Positions 33,396-45,677 of a DNA stretch of 64,000 nt are shown here, piece after piece. Within the stretch, counting starts at the first letter, position 1; every line of letters begins with the position of its first letter. This DNA is from Rhina ancylostomus (lineage: Eukaryota), in the NCBI GenBank assembly GCA_030265395.1, contig JARFYF010000059.1, positions 22,521,021 to 22,585,020 of the forward strand, written 5' to 3'. The translations under genes were made by a program, and so were the position numbers. The notes beneath the pieces were generated by a model, which was not told the DNA's origin, made no database searches, and saw nothing but the letters and a program-made list of their open reading frames with translations.

Positions 33396-36069
33396 TTATT
33401 TTGTGTTAGCCAGAACTGCTTCTGTCTCTTGTTAACATCGCTGAGAAAAGCAGAGGGAAGCTCACTTATTGACTACAGGTGTAGGCACCACTCAGCGCTT
33501 TACTAACCGAAATGCACAAGGTTGCAAGTTCATCCTGTTGTCTTTGTTGTGTTCTTTAATTTTAGCTGGTGGTACAGTGTCATACCACACCTGATTTCAA
33601 CAATCTAACTGACTGGTAGAATGCAAATGGAAGCATGCATATGTGTCCCAGGTTTGAGCTTGGCTAGGATTGCTGTCACGTTTGAAGTCTTGATGGCACT
33701 CTGGGTAATATGGATTCATTGAAAACTTGGGTTTGAATTGGCTGTGTTTTTTCAACCACGAGCAACAAATGGACAGATCAGGTCCAAGATCCCCGCAGGC
33801 AAAGCTGCTCATGGGGCTTCCACAGAAGAAGAATGCCCGTAATGGAAAGTAACAAAGGACCATCAGGCATTGAGGAAGGGCACTCTCAAACAGCAAGCAC
33901 AGGGGGAGTAAAGAAAAGAAATGTGTAAACAGTACAGAGCGAAAGGTTATTGATCGCTATGATCAAATCATGAAATAAATAGGCATTTTAAATTTGACAA
34001 CTCCTATCCTTTTCCAAGTCAGAATTCCAAGCTACACTTTCAACACTACCAAAGTTGCATCTTTTCCAGTAGCCTGCGGTCAAATTTACATTACATGCCT
34101 GTGTGAATGCCCCAAACTGCACGAGAGGCATTGCAGAAACTAACTTTCAGTTTCCATAATGATTTATTCCCACTCTGCATAAAGCTAAAAGGGCTTTAGT
34201 TGTTAGCTACCTTTTATGATGAACTGACTCCCATTCACCAAAGTTCTGCGGAGAGATCAGAACTAGTTGTGGAGAAATGGCCACGCATGTGAAGTAAGAC
34301 ACCGTCATCTGCTGTCAACCATATTGAACAGCAAGAAGGCTCTATCAGATCCCTGCAAATGAAGAAACCATGCAATGCCAGCCTTGCCAACTTCCTGTCA
34401 GTCTGCCTATATCCCTTAAGATGGATTTAAATAAAACCAAGCCAAATGTAAACTCATTAGAGCAAATCACAAAGTAGATATCTGCGTGGAGGTCTCTACG
34501 ATGACAAGAACAGAAAGCATATTATCTGGGGGTGTTCTTATCCTCATCTCCAACATGTTCCCCAGGATATCCTGGAACTCTGTGTCAAAGGAGAAGGAAA
34601 ATGGTTCTTGTTCTCTTGAACAAGGGAAACTTGTAGTAAAGTCACCCTAGAAAAAATTTAAAAGTAATTATAATTTACGTTATTACAAATTAGCCTCAGG
34701 AAAATTCCTAGGAAATAAAACACTTCTTCACTGGAGAGCCTTGTTATTTTTTCAATTCACTGCTGAAATGGAATGGCCTTATCACTTCCTGAATGAGACT
34801 GGCAGTGGTTTCATATATGCTGATACTGATACAAGTGAAAATTAAAGTAGTGGGATTCCCGAAACATGCCAAGTCTGCTTTCAGTGATTCTGCCACAAAA
34901 TAATCAGTTATTTAAAATAAACATGGCATTCAGATAGAGGAGCCAGGGTATAATGTGACAGACAGGTGGTTTACATTTTGTGGTATGAATGCTAGGCTTG
35001 AGAAAACTGTAAGAAGTAAAAAGAGTAGATGTTCTGCTTGGTCCATTTCCAAGGATAATTTACTTGCCATGCCCTCTAAACAATCAACACTAAAATTAGA
35101 TACTTGCTCCATAAAATACCATTAACAAACGTGCAAGACTGGAGGGTTTATCTGCAGTCCAATAAGTTTCAAAGACCAGCAATATTATTAGCTTGTAATT
35201 GAGTTATGAGACTGCTTCATAGAAATGGCATCATTAGGGTGAGCACTGGATGCCATAGAACAGGAATAAATCCAGATGATGAATCCTGTTCCACTCAGTT
35301 TCAAGTGTGAACAGTGTCAGACAAACAGACATCAACTTTTCCCAAAAGTTCGATTCCAGTTGTTTACTTGTACATTGACCCGGATCAGGTCAAGACTGTT
35401 GAACAATACCCCAGCATGGGTCAGTGCCTCCAGGATTGAAGAAAATGGGTACTGGAGAAAGGAACAAACACAGGTAAATTTTGACTTCTTTCAGGTCCAC
35501 GGATGGAAAATATAAGTTCGGAGAAAGGACAGTCTAGATAGTGGTATGCAAACTAATTGCATTTTATTTGCATGATTCAAATCTGTTTCCTGTTTGTGTT
35601 TTAATATTTTTGTTATTACAACTTGATGATGTCACTTGTGGGGATTTTTACTTATGCCATGAAGCATACTTAAATATTGCCTTAAAGGCTGAGTTATCAG
35701 ATGCCCATTTATTTAATAATTGGATCTGTCTTTCATATAGTTTTTGCAGTGGTGTAAGTCCAACACAGTGGTCATGATGATGACCCGGGATGCTACTACC
35801 ACACTGAGCAGGTAGGCTTGGGATTTGCACACTCCCATGAATGTTAACATTAGGAAGCTTTTTCCTATTTTAGATGAAATGTCACGATATACAAGAGTAT
35901 CAATGTGAGTGCACCGAAGGACAACCAGAATGTATGCCATTCCTTTGAGACAAAACACAATCCTATGTTGTTGTTGTTGTTGCTGCATAAGTTTGGGCAG
36001 GAAAATCCTCCAGACTTCATGCTTAACCAAAATATGCTCCAATATCCCCAAATCTACTATGAGCTGGCT

Positions 36070-36325
36070 CTTGGTACATAAAATGGAGATGTACAAAATC
36101 GGTTGATGAGTGCTGACAGAAGCTTCACACATATCCTGATGTCAATTTCCTAACTGTTCCTTTTCAAATATTTTCCTGATGCCAACTTCACATGAGTTTT
36201 GATGTCAAGTTCACACACAGAACTTGCAGAAGCTGCTGCTTAGAGCCAAACTTTAAAAGGCTCTTTCCAAAACTTCTTCCGAAGCAACAGCCAAAAGTAT
36301 TAACTGTGGCCTCTTCTTTTATATT
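36070..36325 (+). pseudogene. Possible fossil of Tx1/L1 ORF1 (ZCCHC3-like N-terminal half)
   Basis: Frameshifted pieces DRSFTHILM..YFPDANF..FDVKF..PKLLPKQQPKVLTVA resemble Tx1 ORF1 DRTFF..LQDFP..FDVTF..RVVTVH as recalled; very decayed. Confidence 0.35.
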
Positions 36326-36414
36326 ACAGTCCCAGAGCAAGAATTTGACAGCAAAATAGGCTGTTACAGAATTTTGCTGTCAAAATATAGTTTACTCTAC
36401 AGTACAGTACACAA

Positions 36415-36690
36415 CACCAGCAACCCAGGTTCAATTCTGTGTTCCAGTGCTGTCTGTGTGGAATTTGTATGTTCTCCCTGTGACTGTGTGACCACATCCC
36501 AAAGATGGTTGGTTAATTGAACACTGTAAATTGCCCCTAGTGTGTGAGTTACACGTAGAATCTGGAAGGAGTTGGGGGAATACAGGCAAAATTTGTTCCA
36601 GGGAAAATTATTGGGAGAATAGGATTATTCCATGAGTCAGCACAGATTCAATGGACTGAATAGTCACCTGTGTAGTAACGAAATATGAAT
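36415..36690 (+). mobile_element. V-SINE (HE1-like), 5' end clipped
   Basis: CCAGCAACCCAGGTTCAATTC (B box), GCTGTCTGTGTGGAATTTGTATGTTCTCCCTGTGAC..CCACATCCCAAAGA..CACTGTAAATTGCCCCTAGTGTGT. Confidence 0.85.
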
Positions 36691-37409
36691 GAAATGTGGA
36701 ACTTTCTATTACTCTGAACCTACCATTTAGACTGTACACACTAACAGATGGGTCCACTACAACCTTTTCCTCACTCAATTTTGGCATATGTTCCAGGATG
36801 GAGTTGCAGAACTCAATTGGTTAGAAAAAGAGAAAATGTTCCCTCTCATGCAGTCAAATAACCATTTTTCACACAAAGGGAACTGAAATCTTGAAATCTT
36901 TCCTTCAAAAGGTTATGGTCCCTGAGTTATAGATTTTCAAGTCTAAGAGCATCTGAACTGTTCCTGAATGTGTTTGCTCTTTCTGGAGATGTTTATACAA
37001 CCACTTGCCATCAGGGATTGCTCTCCATCCCACTGTCCTCTACAAGCCTCCTTTGCCCTTGGAAGGTCTTTGAGCCTGGTAGCCACACCACCGCACTCTA
37101 TCCATGTCAGAACAGAAATTCACTTGACCATCCCATTAAGTCAGGTAAGTATGTCAAGAATTCTTAGAGACAGTCACAGTCAAAGTGGGAAGCCCAGAAG
37201 GAGGAAGGTGAGTTGATTTAGCTTCCATTTGGGCTTCTGGAAGCATCTTGCCCCTTTCAAACCACCACATATTTAATGAAAATATTATAAGTCACCTTGT
37301 ATGGTTGCATCTTATTTTCTTCCTCAGTGCTGGGTTTCGCTGGCAAGACGGGTACTGTGCCAAATGTACAATCTCCAATTAGATTTGCACCCAGATTAGG
37401 CCTTCACTG

Positions 37410-37960
37410 GGTGGGAACTTTGAACTATCGGTTATTTTTCTTTTCCTTTAGTTTTGCCGAACCTCTGGATGGTCAAAGGATTGAAGATTTATTTCCAGGG
37501 TATCCCTCCAGGCAACCCTGGAGCAAAATCATCATGGCATTAGAAAAAAACGTGCTTTTTAAAAAATATATATATCTTTGATCTATTTAGCCTATCAGTT
37601 CTAAAAAGCACTGGAGATGGGAGAAAGACTGTAGCTGTACATAATCCATTGGGTAATGAAGAGTAGTTGACTCCTTCTTTGGCTATGGGAAGTTGGCTGC
37701 AAGGATGGATATCAGTGGACCAGCAATGGAAGTGGAACAGCCAGATGTGTGAACTCAAGTGATGGAAGATTTGGCAACCTTAGTCTGCAGTCAGTGATCT
37801 AAAAAGTTCGTCATGTTGGAAATTCCAGACGGAAGGAGAAATGGAATTACACAATGCATCCAGATTTGAAAGGAAGATTGGTTCTTCAAGAGCAAATGAG
37901 GGTGGACCATCCTGAAGATTGTTCAACTTTGGTACCCAAGGGAAGCAAGGATAATTGTAG
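37410..37960 (+). pseudogene. Possible second fossil of Tx1/L1 ORF1 (ZCCHC3-like)
   Basis: Pieces RLFF..EDLF..YP, KTVAVHNPLGNEE, VDQQWKWNSQ, MHP..IGSSR..GGP..FNFGTQG resemble VTVHMYNP..D..GIW..HPPSSF.IGGSRG..GQP..CxxCG; decayed. Confidence 0.4.
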
Positions 37961-38179
37961 TGTGCACTCACTCACTCTCTTGCTTTTATTAATTACAAAA
38001 ATACTCTATTTCCTTGAAAATATTTCTACATGAAAATGTTCATACGATGTTTTACAATCTATAATCAATACACTCACACATTACAGTTGGACATTAAGCA
38101 ACCTCATTTTTATTTGGAGTGTGTCACATGCACTATATCTTCTTGAATTGTTTGTGTGTGTGTGTGGGGGAGGTGTGTG

Positions 38180-38412
38180 GGGGGTGGTTATTACATGGTA
38201 CTCTTCCCCATGGGTTTTCTGCATAGGTTTTGGCTAGACCATATGGGATCTTCCACCAGCAATAGATATCTAGTTTGGTATACATCCCCTGGGACAGTCC
38301 TAAGAGCAGGGTTGTGATGTCAATGGGCTGCTGGGGATGAACCAAGGCAGATATCAACACTACTCTCTACATCTTCCACGCAAATAGCCATTCCAGCAGG
38401 AGACAGGTACTT
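38180..38412 (-). mobile_element. Tx1-type L1 ORF2 C-terminal fragment (copy 2)
   Basis: Reverse: LLLEWLFAWKM..LLLGLSQGMYTKLDIYCWWKI resembles HLLLECxFA..LYGLFPG.HTE.NI.CCW. Confidence 0.6.
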
Positions 38413-38559
38413 GTATCAATATTCATGAAACTTGAAAATACATAGATAATTCTACATGTTTGCAGGATTCACATCATATTAACATGACATCAATTTTCTT
38501 TTACATAACTTCCGTGATGAAAGAGTACAAGAGATTTTGCACAGATTCTGGTCCCTCTC

Positions 38560-39440
38560 TGTGCAAGAGCAGGAGGGTCTTAAACTCTGACTTTGCCAAG
38601 GCTGCACCAAGCTCCAGTGTATCCCTCAGAACATGGGTCTCCATTAACTTCTTGGAACCTGGCTGTAACATTTGATCATAGACAGCTTCATAGACTGGAA
38701 GATCAGCAAGGTTTCAGCAGACCAAACCTGAAGTGATATTCTCCTGGAAGTAGTTGATGTTAATTTTAGTGTGTGTCCCTGTTGAGCACACTATCCTTTT
38801 CAGGTTGAATCTTGATGGAGACGACTGCATCTCTTTCCATACTTTCTTGGCAAATACACATTTCAGTAGGATATGGATGACAGCCTTATCTCCAGACAGC
38901 TGCCTCTACAGCACCATGTGGTGGTGCTGAGACTCTAGCTGTGCATAAAGGATCTGACAAGGAGGGCCCTTCTCACTACAGTCAGACATGATTCTTGGTG
39001 CTTGTTTGAATGTCTTGAATATGATACATTCTGCCAAATGACTTTGATAGTCTGCTCAGGGAACCAACCAAAGGATCCATCATCTTTTCCCGCAGAGCTT
39101 CAAGGATATTATGTGCAAGCCATTGAGTAATTGCCTTGAGACTGATATATTGTTTCCTACAAGGGATAGGTAATAAGACAGAGTCAAACTGAATGGAGCA
39201 TTTATAAGAAAAAGTTTTGTTCAACGGAAGTGGCTAGGATCTGCAATGCCAGTGAGGGGTAGTTGTGGACCAGGCAAACACGAGTGGTGGAGCTAGTTTC
39301 TGTGGCAATATGGCCTGACCCATTCTGGGCAACACTGGGGATTTTAGATCCACAGTGACCTTTAGTATTTATGTACCCAGGATCTATGCCCAGCTTGAGG
39401 TAGCCAATCACGGAGGTAGTCATGAGGAAAGGGCCATGCA
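38560..39440 (-). mobile_element. Tx1-type L1 ORF2 C-terminus (zf-RVT region), copy 1
   Basis: Reverse: KAITQWLAHNILEALREK..GWFPEQTIKVIWQNVS..SNKHQ..VVRRALLVRSFMH..LLKCVFAKKVWKEMQ..GTHTKININ..HVLRDTLELGAALAK. Confidence 0.8.
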
Positions 39441-39446
39441 AATGAC

Positions 39447-39658
39447 AATCAAAAAACTGCAGACACTGGAAATCTGAAATGAAAACAGAAAATGCTAGGA
39501 AGGCTTAGCAGGTCAGGCAGCATCTGTGGAGAGAGAGAGATATTGTTTCAGGGCAAAGACAGGGAAAGAGAGAAAGCAAGTTAGTTTTGGGTTGCAGTGA
39601 AGGTGGGGAAAGGTTGGAAAGAACAAAGGGAAAATCTGTGATAGGGTGTAGCCAGCTG
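39447..39658 (-). mobile_element. Penelope-like element 3' end (older subfamily)
   Basis: AAACTGCAGACACTGGAAATCTGAAATGAAAACAGAAAATGCT..AGCAGGTCAGGCAGCATCTGTGGAGAGAG..GTTTCAGG, then purine-rich 3'-UTR complement. Confidence 0.8.
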
Positions 39659-41356
39659 NNNNNNTGGATCAGTTGTAGAGGTCATCGGGTCAGTGGGTTA
39701 ATGAAGGCAATTAGAGAGAAAGAGAGAAAATAAACAAAATCTATGAGATAAGGGCAGTCAGAGATTGATGCAAAGGAACATGAAAAGGTGCAAAACGCAG
39801 GGCTGTAAGATATCTTAGGCATATTTTTTGCCCCTTTTTCTGGGAACTTTTACATCGTGTCTCTGTGGGTATGATCCACTTTTGAATTTTAAAATGGAAG
39901 ATTGATGTAGCGCAGAAGCTGGATATGAGACTACTGGTACACGGAGAGCACCTCTCACTGGTCACCAGGTTCTATCCCCATCAAGAGTGCCAGCCACTCC
40001 CACCATCCCAGTTTCGAATTCACCTTGGTTGTGCATTCTATCCAGTCCGTGGTGCCTGTCCTGCCCTTTCCCAGCCATATTCCCACTTCTTTCAGTTAAT
40101 GGGACCTAACAGTGAAGGGAACAACAGAACATGACCTTGCTTTTTCTGCAATTAACTCTGGCCCCCGAGGCAATTTGAACTCAAGGCTCAGATCCACCCA
40201 AGGCAACCTCCTTACCCATCGGTCTTTGTGGCAGATCAGAGAATCTTTCATTTCCATTTCAGTCAATATGTCAAAGTACATACTTTTTAAATCTATGGGG
40301 ACCAGTTCATTAAAATGATATGTGCTTCTTTTCTGCCATGGATACAGAATATCCTTTATGGAGCCGCACAGACCTTGAATACATTTTTGTTTTCCAGCAG
40401 TCTCTAATTTGCATAATTTATTCAGGATTAATTTCCTTCCCTATTCGCCACCCAGAATTGGCCTGTGTTATTTTAATAATCTGTCTCATTTTCAGTCTTG
40501 AGTTTCTGTCTCTGTGGCATTGTAAATATTTTAAGACAGCAGTTTGGGGCATGACTGAAATGGAAAGAGTGGCAGATTACTTATGGTTAGGTGCTGCGGC
40601 TGTCGGTCGACAACAGGAAGGTCTGTTTGTGCCAATTACAAAAACGAGTGAAAGAGCCAGGCACTTAAAGGAACATTCTTGTCGTCTGAGCTAAGGAAGA
40701 ACGTGAAACCAAGGAGGAAGTTTGTTCCTCCATGTTCCTGGTTTCTGAATGTTGCTGCATAAAGAGACTGTCACGTTTGCTTCTACTGTTTGTCACTGTT
40801 AGAGGTTGAAAACTCTGGTTAAATCCACTCAGTCCTAGTTTCCTACTTCCAACACTTTAATAAAGGGAAGTACTCAAAGGAGGTGAAAATACATTTTTTT
40901 GCCCACTCCCACAAATCTTTCCAGGGTAAGGCTCACAACAGCGTTCAGCAGATTAACCTTTATTGCCAGGAAAGTCCAGGATAATGCTGAAAGCTGGTCA
41001 AACCTTACCACTGCAAGAAATGATGTCCTGTGGGATGTTTTAATGCATCAAGTTTTGTTCTGAAGCACAATGGAACTGATGGTGTACCTTGGTGCCCCAG
41101 TGAAAAGCAACATTCCCTCTTATCTCAGAGAGCTACACTGTGTACATCTACAGTCTCCCCAGGTATTCTCTCTTTTGGCATTGCTCTCTGCTAGAGTTTG
41201 TGTCTTGTTAGGTGTTTTCTTTTGTAGCAATGTAATTTGTGAACAAGAGGCTAAGTGCCCTACTCCTGCCAACAAAGTACTGTTGCATTAGCCTTTTCCT
41301 TTATGTCATCAGTCCTTCTTTCAAGAGAGTTGGTACATATTTTGGGGTAATATAAG

Positions 41357-41650
41357 TTAAGATAAGATATCTTTATTAGTCACATAAACACTGAAACACA
41401 CAGTGAAATGCATCTTTGCGTAGAATGTTCTGGGGGCAGCGAGCAAGAGTCGCCGCCCTTCCAGCGCCAACACAGCACGCCCACAACTTCCTAACCCATA
41501 TATCTTTGGAATGTGGGTGGAAACCGGAGCACCCGGAGGAAACCCACACAGAGGGACCCGTGCAAACTCCTTACAGACAGTGACCGGAATTGAACCCGGG
41601 TCGCTGACGCTGTAAAGCGTTACACTAACCACTACACTACTGTGCCTGCC
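41357..41650 (-). mobile_element. Young V-SINE with Rex/Babar-like 3' tail
   Basis: CpG-rich. Reverse: GGCACAGTAGTGTAGTGGTTAG (A box), CCCGGGTTCAATTCCGG (B box), CTGTCTGTAAGGAGTTTGCACG..CCGGGTGCTCCGGTTTCC.CCCACATTCCAAAGA; tail TTTCACTGTGTGTTTC..ATGTGACTAATAAAGATATCTTATCTT. Confidence 0.9.
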
Positions 41651-41807
41651 TCCTACACTACCATGCCATTCCACAAGAACCAAATTATATCGTTTACCTT
41701 CCTCATTCCTCATATATTTAAAACCGATGCAAATGTATAATCAATTCAGATGAAACATGTGCAGACATGTCAGCGTTAGACAGCTGTGACAGGGAGATAT
41801 GGGACAT

Positions 41808-42127
41808 AGTGTTCCAGCAACACATGTTCAATCCTGACCCTTTCTGAAAGCGGAGCTTGCACTTTCTCCCTATAACTGTGTGGGTTTTCCCTGGGTACTC
41901 TGAATTCCACCCAAATCCATGACTGCGCTAGTTGTAGTTACTTTGGTTACTATAAATTACTCCCAGTGTAGGTTGGTGGTAGGATAATCAGGATGGAATT
42001 GATGGGCATGTGAGAGGAATTGGTTACAGGCAAGTGTTGGAATGGGATTGATGGGATTGCTCTGAGAGTCTGAGAGCTGACATAGATGGGAAGGGGCAAA
42101 TGGCCTCCTTCTATGTCATAAGAGAAT
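41808..42127 (+). mobile_element. Older V-SINE with CR1-type tail
   Basis: GTTCAATCCTGACC..GGAGCTTGCAC.TTCTCCC..TGGGTTTTCC..TATAAATTACTCCCAGTGT..AAATGGCCTCCTTCTATG. Confidence 0.78.
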
Positions 42128-45100
42128 ATAAAATCATGGAATCTTACTGCACAGAAATAGGTCATTTGGTCCATCATGATGTGCTGTTCTTTAAAAGAGC
42201 TATCCAATCAGACCTACTTGTTCTATTCTTTTCCCACAGACCACAGGTCAACATGTGTCCAAAACCCATATTATTTCAGTAGCACTTAAAGATGCCTGGT
42301 GTGAAAAGCAGGGCATCTGAGACTGGGATTGGAAATTTGGACAGAAAACCATCTCTCCTGCTCTCCATTGAAAGATGCTGTGAGAACACTTACATATGGT
42401 CAGGTGGAGCTATATTTCATATCTCAACAGACAATTGGAACCTTTGACGGTGCTCCTAGGCTCTATGATGAGTGTGTAGGTTCCACAGCGGTTTCAGCCT
42501 GTGACCTTCTGGCTCACAAATGAGAGTGCTACTATCGAACCAAATTGAAGGAAAGTGGAAAGGTTTATTTATTCCAGAACTATATCCCATTTGAGAGTGT
42601 TGCTGCAGTGAGTGCCTTATTCTGCATTTAAAATAGTGATGTAGCTAATCTGGGAATACATGTTGAATTTACATTGAACCTAAATCATTCTTTACCTCTT
42701 TTGAGTGTGCTTGATAGATATTGTAAAGGAAACTATACTCAACACCTGATGTGTGATGTACTTAACCTGGGAATGTCTGATGCTCACACTGGTGCAAAAA
42801 CTAGAACATTTCCTTTTTCTTGAGAAAGAAAAAAAATTCCCCTGACTTTGATCTGCCTCAAACTCACATAAAAGAATATTGATGCTCACAGGAACTTCAT
42901 GCTATGTGTTTCTGGGATGTATGGCTGAATGAACATCTGCTCATCTTTTGTACAGGAATGAAATCCATTAAATATACAATTTCAAGTTAAAAGGTAAAAG
43001 CAACGGTTATTGAAATGTATCTGAGATGAACTGGGTGGTTTATTATGTTTATAAATTGGTTTCACATCACATGATTAATGTCACAAAAGTAACAACTTTT
43101 GATATGACTAAAGTTTAAGCAGATGATAGTTATGTTAAAAGGAGACTGAAAGAATAGACTCAGCAGACTGTTATCCCGGTTCAAGGAGCCCTACAGCTCT
43201 CTTCCCCCATTCTGTATAAATCTATATTCCTCATCAAAAACCTTTGCTCAAAGTATGAGACATCTCTCCAGTTTTCTGAGGAACACAGGTGTAAATTCTT
43301 TCATTCTCTTCAATGAATTAAACATGACATCAATTCACACATCAGATCCTTACTTTTTGCGATTCATTTACTTTAATGGAATTACTCCCATTATGCTTAA
43401 CAACTGCAAGACATTATATTTTAAAATAATTCATAGAAGAGGAGAAGAAGAGGATGGCAAGGAGGGCCTGAGTGGGACTGTAAAGCTCTTGTATGCAGAC
43501 CCATGCACACACCAGCCTATTGAATCATTCCCTTCTCCTCTGCCCCAACTATCCTTATACCACATCACATACTTAAAGACAATAATGGGGTTTATAACAC
43601 ACAATAAGCAGTGGTTTCTATCTGCTAATATTAATGGAATGTCAGTGTATTTACAAGACAAAGTTATGTTGAGGTCCATTTTATTGCTTTTGGTGATAGG
43701 AGAAAGAACCTATAAGCGTACTGTCAGGTATACAATGATTTGAAGCCCTCCACAGGAATATGCAAACCACAAATTATAGGCTCCAAAAACATAATCTCCC
43801 AATAAACCAAACCTCACATGAGCAGCATGCAGTCAGATCATTTACCACTAAGTACTGTCTGACTTAAATATTCCCCTCCTATTTTGTTCCTCCTTTCCCC
43901 GATTCCTCAGGTTGTGGCTCACTTAGGAATTGAGAAGAGCCTCCAGTATTACCTAAATGGCACTGCTTTATGTATAAGTCTACACAGTGAACGTTCAGTG
44001 ATAGTAGCCTTCACACCCAGACAAAATCTTTTGGGTTGTAATACACAAATACAAAACTTGACTTTAGGTGTTGGTTTAAAGTGGATGGTACCAGTTTAGG
44101 TACCAAGTACGTAACAACAATACTTGTAGCAACATAGCATTTCCAATGTAGCAAAGCATCCCATGGCACTTTGCAGGAGCACTTGCTTTGGCGCTGCATC
44201 ATATCAGGAGTTCATTCCTGATTTTCACTTCCATCAATTTAAATGAACTGCCCGTCAAAGTCCACACTACCCCTTACACATCCAACAGAAGGAACCAAGA
44301 GCAACAGCTCACTTTAATCAGCTCTACTCCTGCTTGGATATAACTCACCATCACTGTTTCCAAAAAGATAGTGAATGTATCTAAACCAAGTACTACTGGA
44401 AATGCATGGGGTGTGCCAAGGAAATGGGACTGTGGTTAACTCTTTCAGACAGGTAGTGCCAGTGTAAAAGACCAAGTGGCTCTTGTCCTTTGTGTTGTAT
44501 GTATCCCATTATATATCCCATTCAATGAACCTGTAGCTTTGAAGAAGTTAATCATTTACTACATATTTCCAGAGAGATCTACTTGTGTTTGAAATTTCTT
44601 AAGGTAGCCCCTTTAACAGATCTCTACAAGACAAAGCTTGCCCATTGCTGAAGTGGTCCCCCTATTGCCTCCATCTTCTGATCCCTCCTTGTATCAGGAA
44701 TATCCCTGTCTAGCATTTTCAGTCTTACAGTGCTCTATCCTGCCTACTTTCCCTCCTCTTATCAACTTTATCCAAGAGTCATGCAATCTTGCACTTAAGT
44801 TGCTCGCTTTCAGTGAGCTGAAAACTGTGAAGCTCCCCAGTTCCCCCAGTCTTTGTTTCCACCTGAAATCTGTGAGCACATAGAAGATATACGTGTTGCC
44901 ATATAACTTGTATTGTTTGACCCTTTCTTCCTTCCCGTTTGCAGCAAGCACTATGAGGTTGTGTGTTATTGCTGTCCGCACCTCTAGATTTTGGAATGGA
45001 AGTAAAAAGATGCAGGCTGATAAAGAAGAAATGTATTTCTATTCTACTCTCCAGGTCTGTTCTATGATTTAATTGGATCATAGCTGACCTGGAGTTTAAC

Positions 45101-45269
45101 TCCATCTGTTCGCCTGTCTCCAACCATCAAAACCTTTGCCTAACAAACATTTATTAAGTATTGTTCTGAGATTTTCAATTGACTCTCGCACAGCAGTTTT
45201 TGAGGAGAGAGTTCCAAGTTTTGACTACTCTTTCTCCCCATATCTGCCCATGGAGAGACATTGGATAGA

Positions 45270-45677
45270 CTATGTTTGTTTTCCCTGGAGCAAAGGAGGC
45301 TGTGGGGAGGGAGTGACCTAGTAGCGATATATAAAACATATAAGGGGAAAAGATAGGGTAGATAGTCAGAATCTTTTTCCCATGGTAGGGATACCAAAAG
45401 AAGAGGGCATAGGCTTAAGGTGATAGGAAGCAATTTTAAAGGAGATTTGAGGGGATAGCAGTTGATATCTGGAACTCACTGCCAGAGGAGGTGCTGGAGT
45501 CAAATATAATCACTACATTTCAGAGACATTTAGACAGGCACTTAAATAGGCAGGGAAAAGAATGATATGGACCTCTTGCAGGCAAATGTGATTCGTGCCC
45601 ATGGGCAAGAAGGTTAGCATGGATATGGTGGGCTGAAGGGCCCATTTCTGTGCTGTACAACTCTATGATTATATGAC
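45270..45677 (+). mobile_element. CR1 3' end, inserted in an older minus-strand CR1 (~45030-45235 and 45680-45785)
   Basis: FSLEQRRL..DLVAIYK..DRVDSQNLFPMVG..RGHRLKVIGSNFKGDLRG..WNSLPEEVLES..FQRHLDRHLNRQG; tail GGGCTGAAGGGCCC.TTTCTGTGCTGTAC. Confidence 0.9.

Noticed and set aside
35966-35986. Poly-Gln/poly-Cys coding tract
   Set aside because: Simple (TTG)n microsatellite in non-coding DNA
35880-36250. SEFIR/Act1-like pseudogene (FL*DKT, ISP..Y, KLLLR)
   Set aside because: Motif spacing is inconsistent and the pieces are in different frames; a Tx1 ORF1 relic or chance explains it better
36968-37213. Coding exon ending at CAG|GTAAGT (37145) or AAG|GTGAGT (37208)
   Set aside because: No convincing acceptor or recognisable peptide; GTRAGT occurs many times by chance in 64 kb
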